Positions 16,306-24,733 are shown, counted from the stretch's first letter. The stretch: 32,000 nucleotides of DNA from Pseudomonas aeruginosa (GCF_001457615.1 NZ_LN831024.1:3900001-3932000); one strand, 5' to 3'. Numbers and translations are program-made. Notes: a model not told the origin generated them from the letters alone.

Positions 16306-16327
16306 TCGAAAACCGCCGCAAGTGGCG
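16306..16327 (-). terminator. Weak terminator/attenuator-like hairpin between the CheW-like gene and cheW
   Basis: The minus strand reads CCGCC-acttgc-GGCGG followed by TTTTCGAG. The stem is only 5 bp. Confidence 0.3.
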
Positions 16328-16338
16328 GAAGCTGTCTA

Positions 16339-17223
16339 TCAATGGTCGCCGTGCAGGCGCTTGACGGCGCCGCTGGCGATCAGTTCGGCGAGCGCCGCCA
16401 CATCCAGCAGCGCACACATGTGTTCGATGACCGTGCCGGCCAGCCAGGGCCGCTGGCTACGCTGGCCGCGCCATTTCACCTCGGCCGGGTCGAGGCGGAT
16501 CGAGCGGCTCACCTGGTGCACCGCCAGCCCCCACTCGTAGCCCTGGACCGAGATCACGTACTTGAGGCCGTCGCGATAGTCGTCGCGGTAGCGTTCGGGC
16601 ATCACCCAGCGTGCGGTGTCCAGCACCTTCAGGTTGCCCGCCTGCGACGGCAGGATGCCGAGGAACCAGTCGGGCTGGCCGAACAACGGGGTCAGTTCCT
16701 GGTTCTCCAGCGGATAGATCGAGCCGAGGCACACCAGCGGCACCGCCAGGGTCAGCCCGGCGACGTCGAACAGCAGGCACTCGAAGGGCTCCGCCGCCCA
16801 GGCCGGACGACCGTCGTCGAGCAGCGGCAGGTCGAGCAGCGCCGGCTCGCTGGCGCTCGCCGGGGCGCTCGGCACGCGCAGTTCGATGACCTCGTGGGGC
16901 CGTGGCTCGACCGGCAGCTCGCGCAACGTCGTCGGTTCGTCGAGCAGGGCCGCCGGCGGAACCAGGCGCGCATCGCGGACCTGCTCCTCGAGCACCGCGG
17001 CCTCGAACTCGTCGAACCCGTGGTCGACCGGCAGCGTTTCCAGCGCCGGGGCCGGTGTCGCCACTTCGGCGACCGCCAGCGCGACAGGCTTCAACGGCGC
17101 GGGCGCAGGCGCTGGCGGCGTCTCGACGGGAGGTTCCAGGTCCTCGAAAGTGGCCTCCTGGAGCAACGCATCCAGGTAGGACTGCAAGGCCAGTTGCGAA
17201 CGGGTGGCGGTGGCGGCGCTCAT
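16339..17223 (-). CDS. CheW-domain protein with an acidic/Pro-rich N-terminal extension (ParP-like)
   Basis: 294 aa. C-terminal CheW-like domain (FECLLFDVAGLTLAVPLVCLGSIY..., WFLGILPSQAGNLKVLDTARWV). The N-terminal ~140 aa are low complexity. Lies directly downstream of a ParA-like ATPase gene. Confidence 0.88.
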   Translation of the reverse strand: MSAATATRSQLALQSYLDALLQEATFEDLEPPVETPPAPAPAPLKPVALAVAEVATPAPALETLPVDHGFDEFEAAVLEEQVRDARLVPPAALLDEPTTLRELPVEPRPHEVIELRVPSAPASASEPALLDLPLLDDGRPAWAAEPFECLLFDVAGLTLAVPLVCLGSIYPLENQELTPLFGQPDWFLGILPSQAGNLKVLDTARWVMPERYRDDYRDGLKYVISVQGYEWGLAVHQVSRSIRLDPAEVKWRGQRSQRPWLAGTVIEHMCALLDVAALAELIASGAVKRLHGDH

Positions 17224-17264
17224 GTGGGTATTCCGCGACAGGGGTCTACAACGGTTATCGGCCG

Positions 17265-17292
17265 CACTCCGGTGCGGCTTGAATGCGCCTGT
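17265..17292 (-). promoter_or_regulatory. Candidate sigma-28 (FliA) promoter upstream of the CheW-like gene and cheW
   Basis: The minus strand reads TCAAG-N15-GCCGATAA, a perfect consensus -10. The spacer forms a perfect hairpin, GCCGCAC-cgga-GTGCGGC (17271-17288). Confidence 0.5.
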
Positions 17293-17314
17293 CGGCGCGG
17301 CGACCGGCGCGCCA

Positions 17315-18103
17315 TCAGGCCACCCGGGTGGCCGGCTGCTGCGCCAGCAGATGCTTGAGCAAGGCGCGGTAGGCGATCACCCCGCGACTCTTGCCGTCGT
17401 GCTGCGACGGCGTGACCCCGGCCCGGCTGGCATCGCGCAGGCGGGTATCGATGGGAATGAACGCCTGCCACAGGTTGTCCGGGTAGTTCTCGTTGAGAAT
17501 CCGCAGCGTGCTCAGCGAAGCCTGGGTCCGCCGGTCGAACAGCGTAGGTACGATGGTATAGGGCAACGCCTGTTTGCGCGACCGGTTGATCATCGCCAGG
17601 GTGTTGACCATCCGCTCCAGCCCTTTCACCGCGAGGAACTCGGTCTGCACCGGGATCACCAGGTGCTGGCTGGCGGCCAGGGCGTTGACCATCAGCACGC
17701 CGAGCAGCGGCGGGCTGTCGATGATCGCATGGTCGAAATCCTGCCAGAGCTGCGCCAGGCTCTTCGAGACCACCAGGCCGAGACCGCTCTTGCCCGGCGA
17801 CTGGCGCTCCAGGGTGGCCAGCGCGGTACTCGACGGCAGCAGGGAAATGCGTTCGTTGCTGGTGCTGCGCAGCAGCGAGGCCGGCAGCCCCTCGGGGACG
17901 TTGCCCTGGTGCAGGAACAGGTCGAAGGCGCTGTGCTCGAGGGTGTCCGGGTCATAGCCGAAATAGCTGGTCATCGAGCCGTGGGGGTCCAGGTCGACCA
18001 CGACCACGCGCTTGCCGGCATCCGCCAGCAGGCCGGCCAGGGCGATGGACGAGGTGGTCTTGCCGACCCCTCCTTTCTGATTGGCGACTGCCCAGACTTT
18101 CAT
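17315..18103 (-). CDS. ParA/MinD-family ATPase of the chemotaxis cluster (ParC-like)
   Basis: 262 aa. Deviant Walker A ANQKGGVGKTTSS, and DLDPHGS. Located between motD and the CheW-like gene. Confidence 0.9.
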   Translation of the reverse strand: MKVWAVANQKGGVGKTTSSIALAGLLADAGKRVVVVDLDPHGSMTSYFGYDPDTLEHSAFDLFLHQGNVPEGLPASLLRSTSNERISLLPSSTALATLERQSPGKSGLGLVVSKSLAQLWQDFDHAIIDSPPLLGVLMVNALAASQHLVIPVQTEFLAVKGLERMVNTLAMINRSRKQALPYTIVPTLFDRRTQASLSTLRILNENYPDNLWQAFIPIDTRLRDASRAGVTPSQHDGKSRGVIAYRALLKHLLAQQPATRVA

Positions 18104-18196
18104 TGCTCTACTCTTCCTGGCATGGGTCCACCCGGTTGGGGCCGCACTACTGGCCAGTTCGGCCCGGCGCCCGTACGCAAACCATGTTTCGCGCGC

Positions 18197-19087
18197 TCAT
18201 GGCGAAGGCGACGGGGAATTGACGGTTGCCGGCGCGGGCGCCGGCGTACCGCCAGTATCTGCAGCTTGCGTGCCAGCTGCCGAGCCTGCGTGGCGGAGCG
18301 CCGAATCCGGTTGCGCCTTGCCGCTGCCGACCCCGCTGACGCTGCGCCGCACCTCCAGGTTGCGCGAGATCACCAGCACCACCCGGCGATTCTTCGCCCG
18401 CCCCTCGGCGCTGGCATTGTCCGCCACCGGCTGAAATTCACCATAGCCCACCGCAGCCATCCGCGACGGCTCGACCCCATCGTTGCCGAGCAGGCGGACG
18501 ATGCTCGCCGCCCGCGCCGCCGACAGTTCCCAGTTGGTGGGATAGCGCGGGCTATGGATCGGCACGTCATCGGTGAAGCCCTCGACATGGATCGGGTTCT
18601 TGTAGGGCGCCAGGATCTTGGCGACCTTCTCGACGATATCGAAGGCGGCATCGTTGGGCAGCGCATCGCCGCTGGGAAACAGCAGGCTGGAATTGAGAGT
18701 GATCTCGATCCACAGCTCGTTGCCGCGCACGCTCAACTGGTCGGAGGCGATCAAGTCGCCGAAGGCATCGCGCACGCTGTCGGCGATCCGCTCCAGCGAG
18801 TCGGCGCTGGCCGCGTTGTCGCTGGGCTGCTCCTCGACGCTGGTGCGCTCCGGCTCGGTGGTGCGCGGCCGCTCGTCGCCGATAGGAATCGGCTTCAACG
18901 AGCGGTCGGGCTGGTTGAACACGCCGGTGAGGGTCTCCGAGAGTATCTTGTACTTGCCCTCGTTGATCGAGGAAATCGAATACATCACCACGAAGAAGGC
19001 GAACAACAGGGTGATGAAATCGGCATAGGAAACCAGCCAGCGTTCGTGGTTCTCGTGTTCCTCCTGGTGGCGACGGCGACGCTGCAT
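18197..19087 (-). CDS. motD: Flagellar stator protein MotD (MotB family, OmpA-like C-terminal domain)
   Basis: 296 aa. N-terminal WLVSYADFITLLFAFFVVMY with the conserved Asp, and an OmpA-like peptidoglycan-binding region (NWELSAARAASIVRLL, RAKNRRVVLVI). Confidence 0.92.
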   Translation of the reverse strand: MQRRRRHQEEHENHERWLVSYADFITLLFAFFVVMYSISSINEGKYKILSETLTGVFNQPDRSLKPIPIGDERPRTTEPERTSVEEQPSDNAASADSLERIADSVRDAFGDLIASDQLSVRGNELWIEITLNSSLLFPSGDALPNDAAFDIVEKVAKILAPYKNPIHVEGFTDDVPIHSPRYPTNWELSAARAASIVRLLGNDGVEPSRMAAVGYGEFQPVADNASAEGRAKNRRVVLVISRNLEVRRSVSGVGSGKAQPDSALRHAGSAAGTQAADTGGTPAPAPATVNSPSPSP

Positions 19088-19099
19088 GCTCGGCTCCGG

Positions 19100-19840
19100 T
19101 CAGTCCATGAAGCCTTGCAGCTTCAACTCGATGGAACGCGGGTTCTCGCCCTCGGCGATGGACAGCAGGCCCTCCAGGAGCATCTCGCGGTAGCGCGACT
19201 GGCGCAGCACCAGGGTTTTCAGCTTGTTGCCGATCGGCAGCAGGAGCAGGTTGGCGAAGCCGACGCCATAGATGGTGGCGACGAAGGCCACGGCGATGCC
19301 GCTGCCGAGCTGCGCCGGGTTGGCCAGGTTGCCCATCACATGGATCAGGCCCATTACCGCGCCGATGATGCCGATGGTCGGCGCATAGCCGCCCATGCTC
19401 TCGAACACCTTGGCGGCCTGCAAGTCGCGGCTTTCCTGGGTGAACAGGTCGACCTCGAGGATGCTGCGGATGACTTCCGGCTCGGCGCCGTCCACCAGCA
19501 GTTGCAGGCCCTTGCGCGCATAGGGATCGGGCTCCGCGTCGGCGATGCTCTCCAGGCCGAGCAGGCCTTCCTTGCGCGCGGTCATGCTCCAGGAGACGAT
19601 CCGGTCGATTCCCCCGGAAAGATCCTCGCGCGGCGGGAAGAACACCCAGCCGAGCATGCCCAGGCCGCGCTTGAGCACGTTCACCGGGGTCTGCAACAGC
19701 GCCGCGGCCAGGGTGCCGCCGATCACGATCAGCGCCGCCGGACCGTTGAGCAGGGCCCCCGCGTGGCCGCCCTCGAGAAAGTTTCCGCCGACGATGGCGA
19801 CGAACGCCAGGATGATCCCGACCAGGCTGAGCACATCCAT
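19100..19840 (-). CDS. motC: Flagellar stator protein MotC (MotA/PomA family)
   Basis: 246 aa with four TM segments and a MotA/ExbB-type C-terminal half (PTIGIIGAVMGLIHVM..., AVAFVATIYGVGFANLLLLP). Confidence 0.92.
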   Translation of the reverse strand: MDVLSLVGIILAFVAIVGGNFLEGGHAGALLNGPAALIVIGGTLAAALLQTPVNVLKRGLGMLGWVFFPPREDLSGGIDRIVSWSMTARKEGLLGLESIADAEPDPYARKGLQLLVDGAEPEVIRSILEVDLFTQESRDLQAAKVFESMGGYAPTIGIIGAVMGLIHVMGNLANPAQLGSGIAVAFVATIYGVGFANLLLLPIGNKLKTLVLRQSRYREMLLEGLLSIAEGENPRSIELKLQGFMD

Positions 19841-19928
19841 CAGCGCGTCCCCTCGGCTCGGCGAAGGCGCGCGCAGCTCGTCACGTGGGTGGCCATCGAA
19901 GGCAGTCTCCTCATTCCTGCACGCACGC

Positions 19929-21035
19929 TTACTGGCACGCCTCGACCAGGTGCCGGCCGATGTCGTCGAGCCCGTACACCGCGTCCGCCAGGTTGGCCTT
20001 GACCACGGCCATCGGCATCCCGTAGATCACGCAACTGGCCTCGTCCTGCGCCCACACCTGGCTGCCGCCCTGCTTGAGCAGGCGCGCACCCTCGCGTCCG
20101 TCGGCGCCCATGCCGGTGAGGACCACCGCCAGGACCTTGTCGTTGTATGCCTTGGCCGCCGAGCCGAAGGTCACGTCGACGCAGGGCTTGTAGTTCAGGC
20201 GTTCGTCGCCGGGGAGGATGCGCACTGTGCCGCGGCCGTCGACCATCATCTGCTTGCCGCCCGGCGCCAGCAGCGCCAGGCCGGGACGCAGGATGTCGCC
20301 GTCCTCTGCTTCCTTGACGCTGATCCGGCACAGCTTGTCGAGGCGCTCGGCGAAAGCCTTGGTGAAGGCCGCCGGCATGTGCTGGATCAGCACCAGCGGC
20401 GCCGGGAAGTTGGCCGGCAACTGGGTCAGCACCCGCTGCAAGGCAACCGGACCACCGGTGGAGGTACCGATCGCGACCAGCCGGTAGGCCTTGCGCTTCG
20501 GCGCCGCCGAGGTCGACGCCGGGGCCGGCGACGCGCCGGCACTGGCACGCGCGCTCGCGCCGAGGCTGGAGGACGACGCCGGCGCATGGCTGGACGAGGT
20601 GGCCGAAGGCAGCGGCGGCAGGCTGATCGAGCGACGATTGCTACGGGCGATGGTCAGGACCTTCTCGCAAAGCAACTGGCGGACCTTGTCCGGGTTGCGC
20701 GAGATGTCCTCGAAATTCTTCGGCAGGTAATCGACCGCTCCAGCGTCCAGTGCATCCAGGGTCACCCGCGCGCCCTCGTGGGTCAGCGAGGAGAACATCA
20801 GGACCGGGGTCGGGCAACGCTGCATGATATTGCGTACCGCGGTGATGCCGTCCATCAGCGGCATCTCGTAATCCATGGTGATCACATCGGGTCTCAGGGC
20901 CAGCGCCTGCTCGATGGCCTCGCGGCCATTGGTGGCGGTGCCGACCACCTGGATCTGTCCATCGGCGGAGAGAATCTCCGAGACACGGCGGCGGAAGAAC
21001 CCCGAATCGTCCACCACCAGGACTTTGACTGCCAT
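19929..21035 (-). CDS. cheB: Chemotaxis response regulator protein-glutamate methylesterase CheB
   Basis: 368 aa. Receiver domain ([13 protein letters not shown]..., [14 protein letters not shown]), an Ala/Ser-rich linker and the CheB methylesterase domain ([14 protein letters not shown]). Confidence 0.95.
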   Translation of the reverse strand: MAVKVLVVDDSGFFRRRVSEILSADGQIQVVGTATNGREAIEQALALRPDVITMDYEMPLMDGITAVRNIMQRCPTPVLMFSSLTHEGARVTLDALDAGAVDYLPKNFEDISRNPDKVRQLLCEKVLTIARSNRRSISLPPLPSATSSSHAPASSSSLGASARASAGASPAPASTSAAPKRKAYRLVAIGTSTGGPVALQRVLTQLPANFPAPLVLIQHMPAAFTKAFAERLDKLCRISVKEAEDGDILRPGLALLAPGGKQMMVDGRGTVRILPGDERLNYKPCVDVTFGSAAKAYNDKVLAVVLTGMGADGREGARLLKQGGSQVWAQDEASCVIYGMPMAVVKANLADAVYGLDDIGRHLVEACQ

Positions 21036-21088
21036 AGCTACTCCTCAGAGGGCGACGCTCCTGCGCCGCCGGAAACCCATACGCGGCG

Positions 21089-23350
21089 TCAGATGCGCCG
21101 TGCGTAACGCTTGAGCATGCTCGGCACATCGAGGATCAGGGCGATGCGCCCGTCCCCGGTGATGGTGGCGCCCGCCATGCCGGGGGTGCCCTGCAACATC
21201 TTGCCGAGTGGCTTGATCACCACTTCTTCTTGTCCCACCAACTGGTCGACGACGAAACCGATGCGCTGGGTGCCGACCGACAGGATCACCACGTGTCCCT
21301 CACCCTGCTCTTCGTGGGCCGCACTCGGCACCAGCCAGCGCTTGAGATAGAACAGCGGCAAGGCCTTGTCGCGGACGATCACCACTTCCTGGCCATCCAC
21401 GACATTGGTGCGCGACAGGTCAAGATGGAAGATTTCGTTGACGTTGACCAGCGGGAAGGCGAACGCCTGGCTGCCCAGCATCACCATAAGGGTAGGCATG
21501 ATCGCCAAAGTCAGCGGCACCTTGATGACGATCTTCGAGCCGGACCCCTTCTGCGAAAACACGTTGACCGTGCCGTTGAGCTGGGAAATCTTGGTCTTCA
21601 CCACGTCCATGCCGACACCGCGGCCGGACACGTCGGAAATCTCGGTCTTGGTCGAGAAACCCGGGGCGAAAATCAGGTTGTAGCACTCCAGGTCGGTCAG
21701 GCGGTCCGCCGCATCGCGCTCCAGCAGGCCCTTCTCCACCGCCTTGTTGCGCAGCACCTCGGCGTCCATGCCCTTGCCGTCGTCGGTGATCATCAGGAGG
21801 ATGTGGTCACCCTCCTGCTCCGCTGACAGCACCACCTGGCCGACCCGCGGCTTGCCGGCGGCCTCGCGCTCCTCCGGACTCTCGATGCCGTGGTCGACGG
21901 CGTTGCGCACCAGGTGCACCAGCGGATCGGCGAGGGCCTCGACCAGGTTCTTGTCGAGGTCGGTCTCTTCGCCCACCAGCTCCAGGTTGATCTCTTTCTT
22001 CATGTTCCGCGCCAGGTCGCGAACCAGGCGCGGGAAGCGGCCGAAGACCTTCTTGATCGGCTGCATGCGGGTCTTCATCACCGACATCTGCAGGTCGCCG
22101 GTGACCACGTCGAGGTTGGCCACGGCCTTGGCCATGGCCTCGTCGCCACTGTTCAGGCCCAGGCGCACCAGGCGGTTACGCACCAGCACCAGCTCGCCGA
22201 CCATGTTCATGATCTCGTCGAGACGCGCCGTATCCACCCGCACGGTGGTCTCCGCCTCGCTTGCCGCGGGCCTGTCGGGCGCCGCCGGACGCGCGGCGGC
22301 GGCCTTGGCCGGAGCGACCGGTTTCGCCGCGGGACTCTTCGCCGCGATGTTCTTGGCTACCGCCGCGGCGGCCGCCACGGCCTCGGAGGCGCCGTTGAAC
22401 TTGCCCTTGCCGTGCAGTTCGTCGAGCAGCGACTCGAACTCGTCGTCGCTGATCTCATCGCCGCCCGCGGCGGCCGGCGCCTTGCCCTGCTCCGCCGGCG
22501 CAGCCGCTGGAGCCGCGGCAGCCGGTGCGGCGGGTGTGCCGGCGGCTTCCGGGACATCGCCGAACTTGCCCTTGCCGTGCAGTTCGTCGAGCAGCGCCTC
22601 GAACTCGTCGTCGCTGATATCGTCACCAGCGGCAGCCGCGGCCGGCTCGACCGCCTCGGCGGGGACTTGCGCAGGCTCGGCCGAGACCGCCGGCGGGACG
22701 AACTTGCCCTTGCCGTGCAACTGGTCGAGCAACGCCTCGAACTCGGCGTCGCTGATCTCGTCGCCAGCGGGAGCCGCGGGCGCTTCTGCAACGGCGGAGG
22801 CCGGCGCTTCGTCGCCCTGCAGAGCATCCAGCAACTGCTCGAACTCGTCGTCGGTGATATCGCTGGAGGCACTCTGCGCGGGCGCTTCCGGCGGCGCCGC
22901 AGGCTCGGCTGGCGGAACGGCCGCCGGCGGCGCTTGCACAGGTTCCGCGGGCTCGGCGCCCTCGGGCTCGGCCAGGCGGGCAAGGGCCGCCAGCAGCTCG
23001 GGCGTCGCCGAGGTCGGTTCGGACTGCTCGCGCACCTGGTCGAACATCGCGTTGACCGTATCCAGCGCCTGCAGCACCACATCCATCAGTTCGGAGCTGA
23101 CGCGCCGCTCGCCCTTGCGCAGGATATCGAAGACGTTTTCCGCAATGTGGCAGCATTCCACCAGCGCGTTCAGCTGGAGGAAGCCGGCACCGCCCTTGAC
23201 CGTATGGAACCCACGGAAAATGGCATTGAGCAGGTCCATATCGTCCGGCCGGCTCTCCAGCTCGACCAGTTGCTCGGACAATTGCTCGAGAATCTCGCCG
23301 GCCTCAACCAGGAAGTCCTGGAGGATTTCTTCATCGGCGTCGAAGCTCAT
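21089..23350 (-). CDS. cheA: Chemotaxis histidine kinase CheA
   Basis: 753 aa. Hpt/P1 domain (FRGFHTVKGGAGF), a long A/P/E-rich linker, then the dimerisation, HATPase (DDGKGMD, GRGVGMD) and CheW-like P5 domains. Confidence 0.95.
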   Translation of the reverse strand: MSFDADEEILQDFLVEAGEILEQLSEQLVELESRPDDMDLLNAIFRGFHTVKGGAGFLQLNALVECCHIAENVFDILRKGERRVSSELMDVVLQALDTVNAMFDQVREQSEPTSATPELLAALARLAEPEGAEPAEPVQAPPAAVPPAEPAAPPEAPAQSASSDITDDEFEQLLDALQGDEAPASAVAEAPAAPAGDEISDAEFEALLDQLHGKGKFVPPAVSAEPAQVPAEAVEPAAAAAGDDISDDEFEALLDELHGKGKFGDVPEAAGTPAAPAAAAPAAAPAEQGKAPAAAGGDEISDDEFESLLDELHGKGKFNGASEAVAAAAAVAKNIAAKSPAAKPVAPAKAAAARPAAPDRPAASEAETTVRVDTARLDEIMNMVGELVLVRNRLVRLGLNSGDEAMAKAVANLDVVTGDLQMSVMKTRMQPIKKVFGRFPRLVRDLARNMKKEINLELVGEETDLDKNLVEALADPLVHLVRNAVDHGIESPEEREAAGKPRVGQVVLSAEQEGDHILLMITDDGKGMDAEVLRNKAVEKGLLERDAADRLTDLECYNLIFAPGFSTKTEISDVSGRGVGMDVVKTKISQLNGTVNVFSQKGSGSKIVIKVPLTLAIMPTLMVMLGSQAFAFPLVNVNEIFHLDLSRTNVVDGQEVVIVRDKALPLFYLKRWLVPSAAHEEQGEGHVVILSVGTQRIGFVVDQLVGQEEVVIKPLGKMLQGTPGMAGATITGDGRIALILDVPSMLKRYARRI
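22397..22864 (-). repeat. Four intragenic repeats in the cheA linker, each encoding an acidic motif of 17-21 aa
   Basis: SDITDDEFEQLLDALQG (aa 163-179), DEISDAEFEALLDQLHGKGKF (197-217), DDISDDEFEALLDELHGKGKF (243-263) and DEISDDEFESLLDELHGKGKF (298-318). The last three DNA copies (about 63 nt each) differ at only a few positions. Confidence 0.9.
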
Positions 23351-23386
23351 TCGGCTGCTCCCAGAGACGTGTTACTCGAAAGGATC

Positions 23387-23406
23387 GGCAGGACCGCTGT
23401 CCTGCC
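23387..23406 (-). other. Perfect 8-bp stem-loop in the cheZ-cheA spacer
   Basis: GGCAGGAC-nnnn-GTCCTGCC. On the minus strand it is followed by GATCCTTTCGAG. It lies 37 nt upstream of the cheA ATG. Confidence 0.5.
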
Positions 23407-23513
23407 GGAAATACCGGCCCGGCTTTCCGGACCGACTTCAGCCCGCCCGCCGGGATCACCGGCATGACGAAGGCTGTGCCAGCAGCCCGCGGATGCCAGC
23501 GTTCAATGCTTAC

Positions 23514-23540
23514 TTAACGGCAGCGATGCCGCAGTCTTGA
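23514..23540 (-). promoter_or_regulatory. Candidate sigma-28 (FliA) promoter upstream of cheA
   Basis: The minus strand reads TCAAG-N14-GCCGTTAA: -10 match 7/8 and consensus spacing. It begins 11 nt after the cheZ stop. Confidence 0.45.
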
Positions 23541-23550
23541 GCCGGGCGGG

Positions 23551-24339
23551 TCAGAAACCCAGGCTGGACAGCAGATCGTCCACGTCATCCTGCCCGGACA
23601 CCACATCCTCTCGTTTTTCCGCGGCGACCTGCGGCCCCTCGCCCTTGGCCGAACGCTCCAGCGCGGCCTGGTGGCGCATGCTCACGTGGTCGTGCTCGAT
23701 CCCGGCGTAACGGTCCACCTGGCCGGCCATCCAGACCAGCTTCACGAGGTTGCTCTCGACCTCGGTGACCAGCTTGGTGACACGCTTGATCACCTGGCCG
23801 GTCAGGTCCTGGTAATCCTGCGCCAGCAGGATGTCATTGAGCTGCGAGGACAACTGGCCGGCGTTCTCGCCGCTGCGCACGAGGAACTGTTCGATGCGCT
23901 TGGCCAGCTCGCGGAAGCCGTCAGCGTCGATTTCCCGGCGCATGAAGCGTTGCCACTCCTGGTGCAGCTCCCGCGAATCGTCGCCCAACTGGTTGACCAG
24001 CGGGGCGCTCTGCTCCACCAGGTCCATGGTCCGGTTGGCGGCCTTCTCGGTCATTTCCACTACGTAGGAAAGACGATCGGTGGCATCGGCGATCTGCGAC
24101 ATTTCCTGCGCGTGGGGGGAATGCGGGTCGATCTGGAAATCGACGATGGCGTTGTGCAGTTCGCGGGTCAGCTTGCCCACTTCCTGGTAGAGGCCACGGT
24201 CCCTGGCCTGGCTGAGCTCCTGGATCAATTGCACCGCCTGCTGGAAGTGCCCCCGTTCGAGACAGTCCACCAGTTCGCGCGCATGTTTTTTCAGGGTCGA
24301 TTCGAATTCGTCGCCCGTGGAATCGTTACCAAGCACCAT
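23551..24339 (-). CDS. cheZ: CheY-P phosphatase CheZ
   Basis: 262 aa. Long helical protein with the catalytic region (DYQDLTGQVIKR) and an acidic C-terminal CheY-binding tail (SGQDDVDDLLSSLGF). Confidence 0.93.
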   Translation of the reverse strand: MVLGNDSTGDEFESTLKKHARELVDCLERGHFQQAVQLIQELSQARDRGLYQEVGKLTRELHNAIVDFQIDPHSPHAQEMSQIADATDRLSYVVEMTEKAANRTMDLVEQSAPLVNQLGDDSRELHQEWQRFMRREIDADGFRELAKRIEQFLVRSGENAGQLSSQLNDILLAQDYQDLTGQVIKRVTKLVTEVESNLVKLVWMAGQVDRYAGIEHDHVSMRHQAALERSAKGEGPQVAAEKREDVVSGQDDVDDLLSSLGF

Positions 24340-24358
24340 GACACCCTCTTGGCCGGCT

Positions 24359-24733
24359 TCAGCCGTTGACCCGCTCGAAAATCTTCTCGATCTTTTCCTT
24401 CAGGACCTGAGCGGTGAAGGGTTTGACCACATAGCCGTTGACCCCGGCCTGGGCCGCTTCGATGATCTGGTCGCGCTTGGCCTCGGCGGTGACCATCAGC
24501 ACCGGCAGGTGCTTGAGGCGCTCGTCGGCGCGAACCGCGCGCAGCAGATCGATGCCGGTCATGCCCGGCATGTTCCAGTCGGTGACGAGAAAGTCGAAAT
24601 TGCCGCTGTGCAGCATCGGCAGCGCCGTGGTGCCGTCGTCGGCCTCGGCGGTATTGGTGAAGCCCAAGTCCCGCAAGAGGTTCTTGATGATGCGTCTCAT
24701 CGTGGAAAAGTCGTCCACGATGAGAATTTTCAT
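24359..24733 (-). CDS. cheY: Chemotaxis response regulator CheY
   Basis: 124 aa from ATG at 24731-24733 ([15 protein letters not shown]..., [21 protein letters not shown]). The track ORF is over-extended to 24883. Confidence 0.95.
   Translation of the reverse strand: MKILIVDDFSTMRRIIKNLLRDLGFTNTAEADDGTTALPMLHSGNFDFLVTDWNMPGMTGIDLLRAVRADERLKHLPVLMVTAEAKRDQIIEAAQAGVNGYVVKPFTAQVLKEKIEKIFERVNG

Noticed and set aside
23466-23481. A perfect sigma-54 -24 element (TGGCAC) in the cheZ-cheA spacer
   Set aside because: The -12 region reads TCGT instead of TTGC, so the near-invariant GC dinucleotide is absent.
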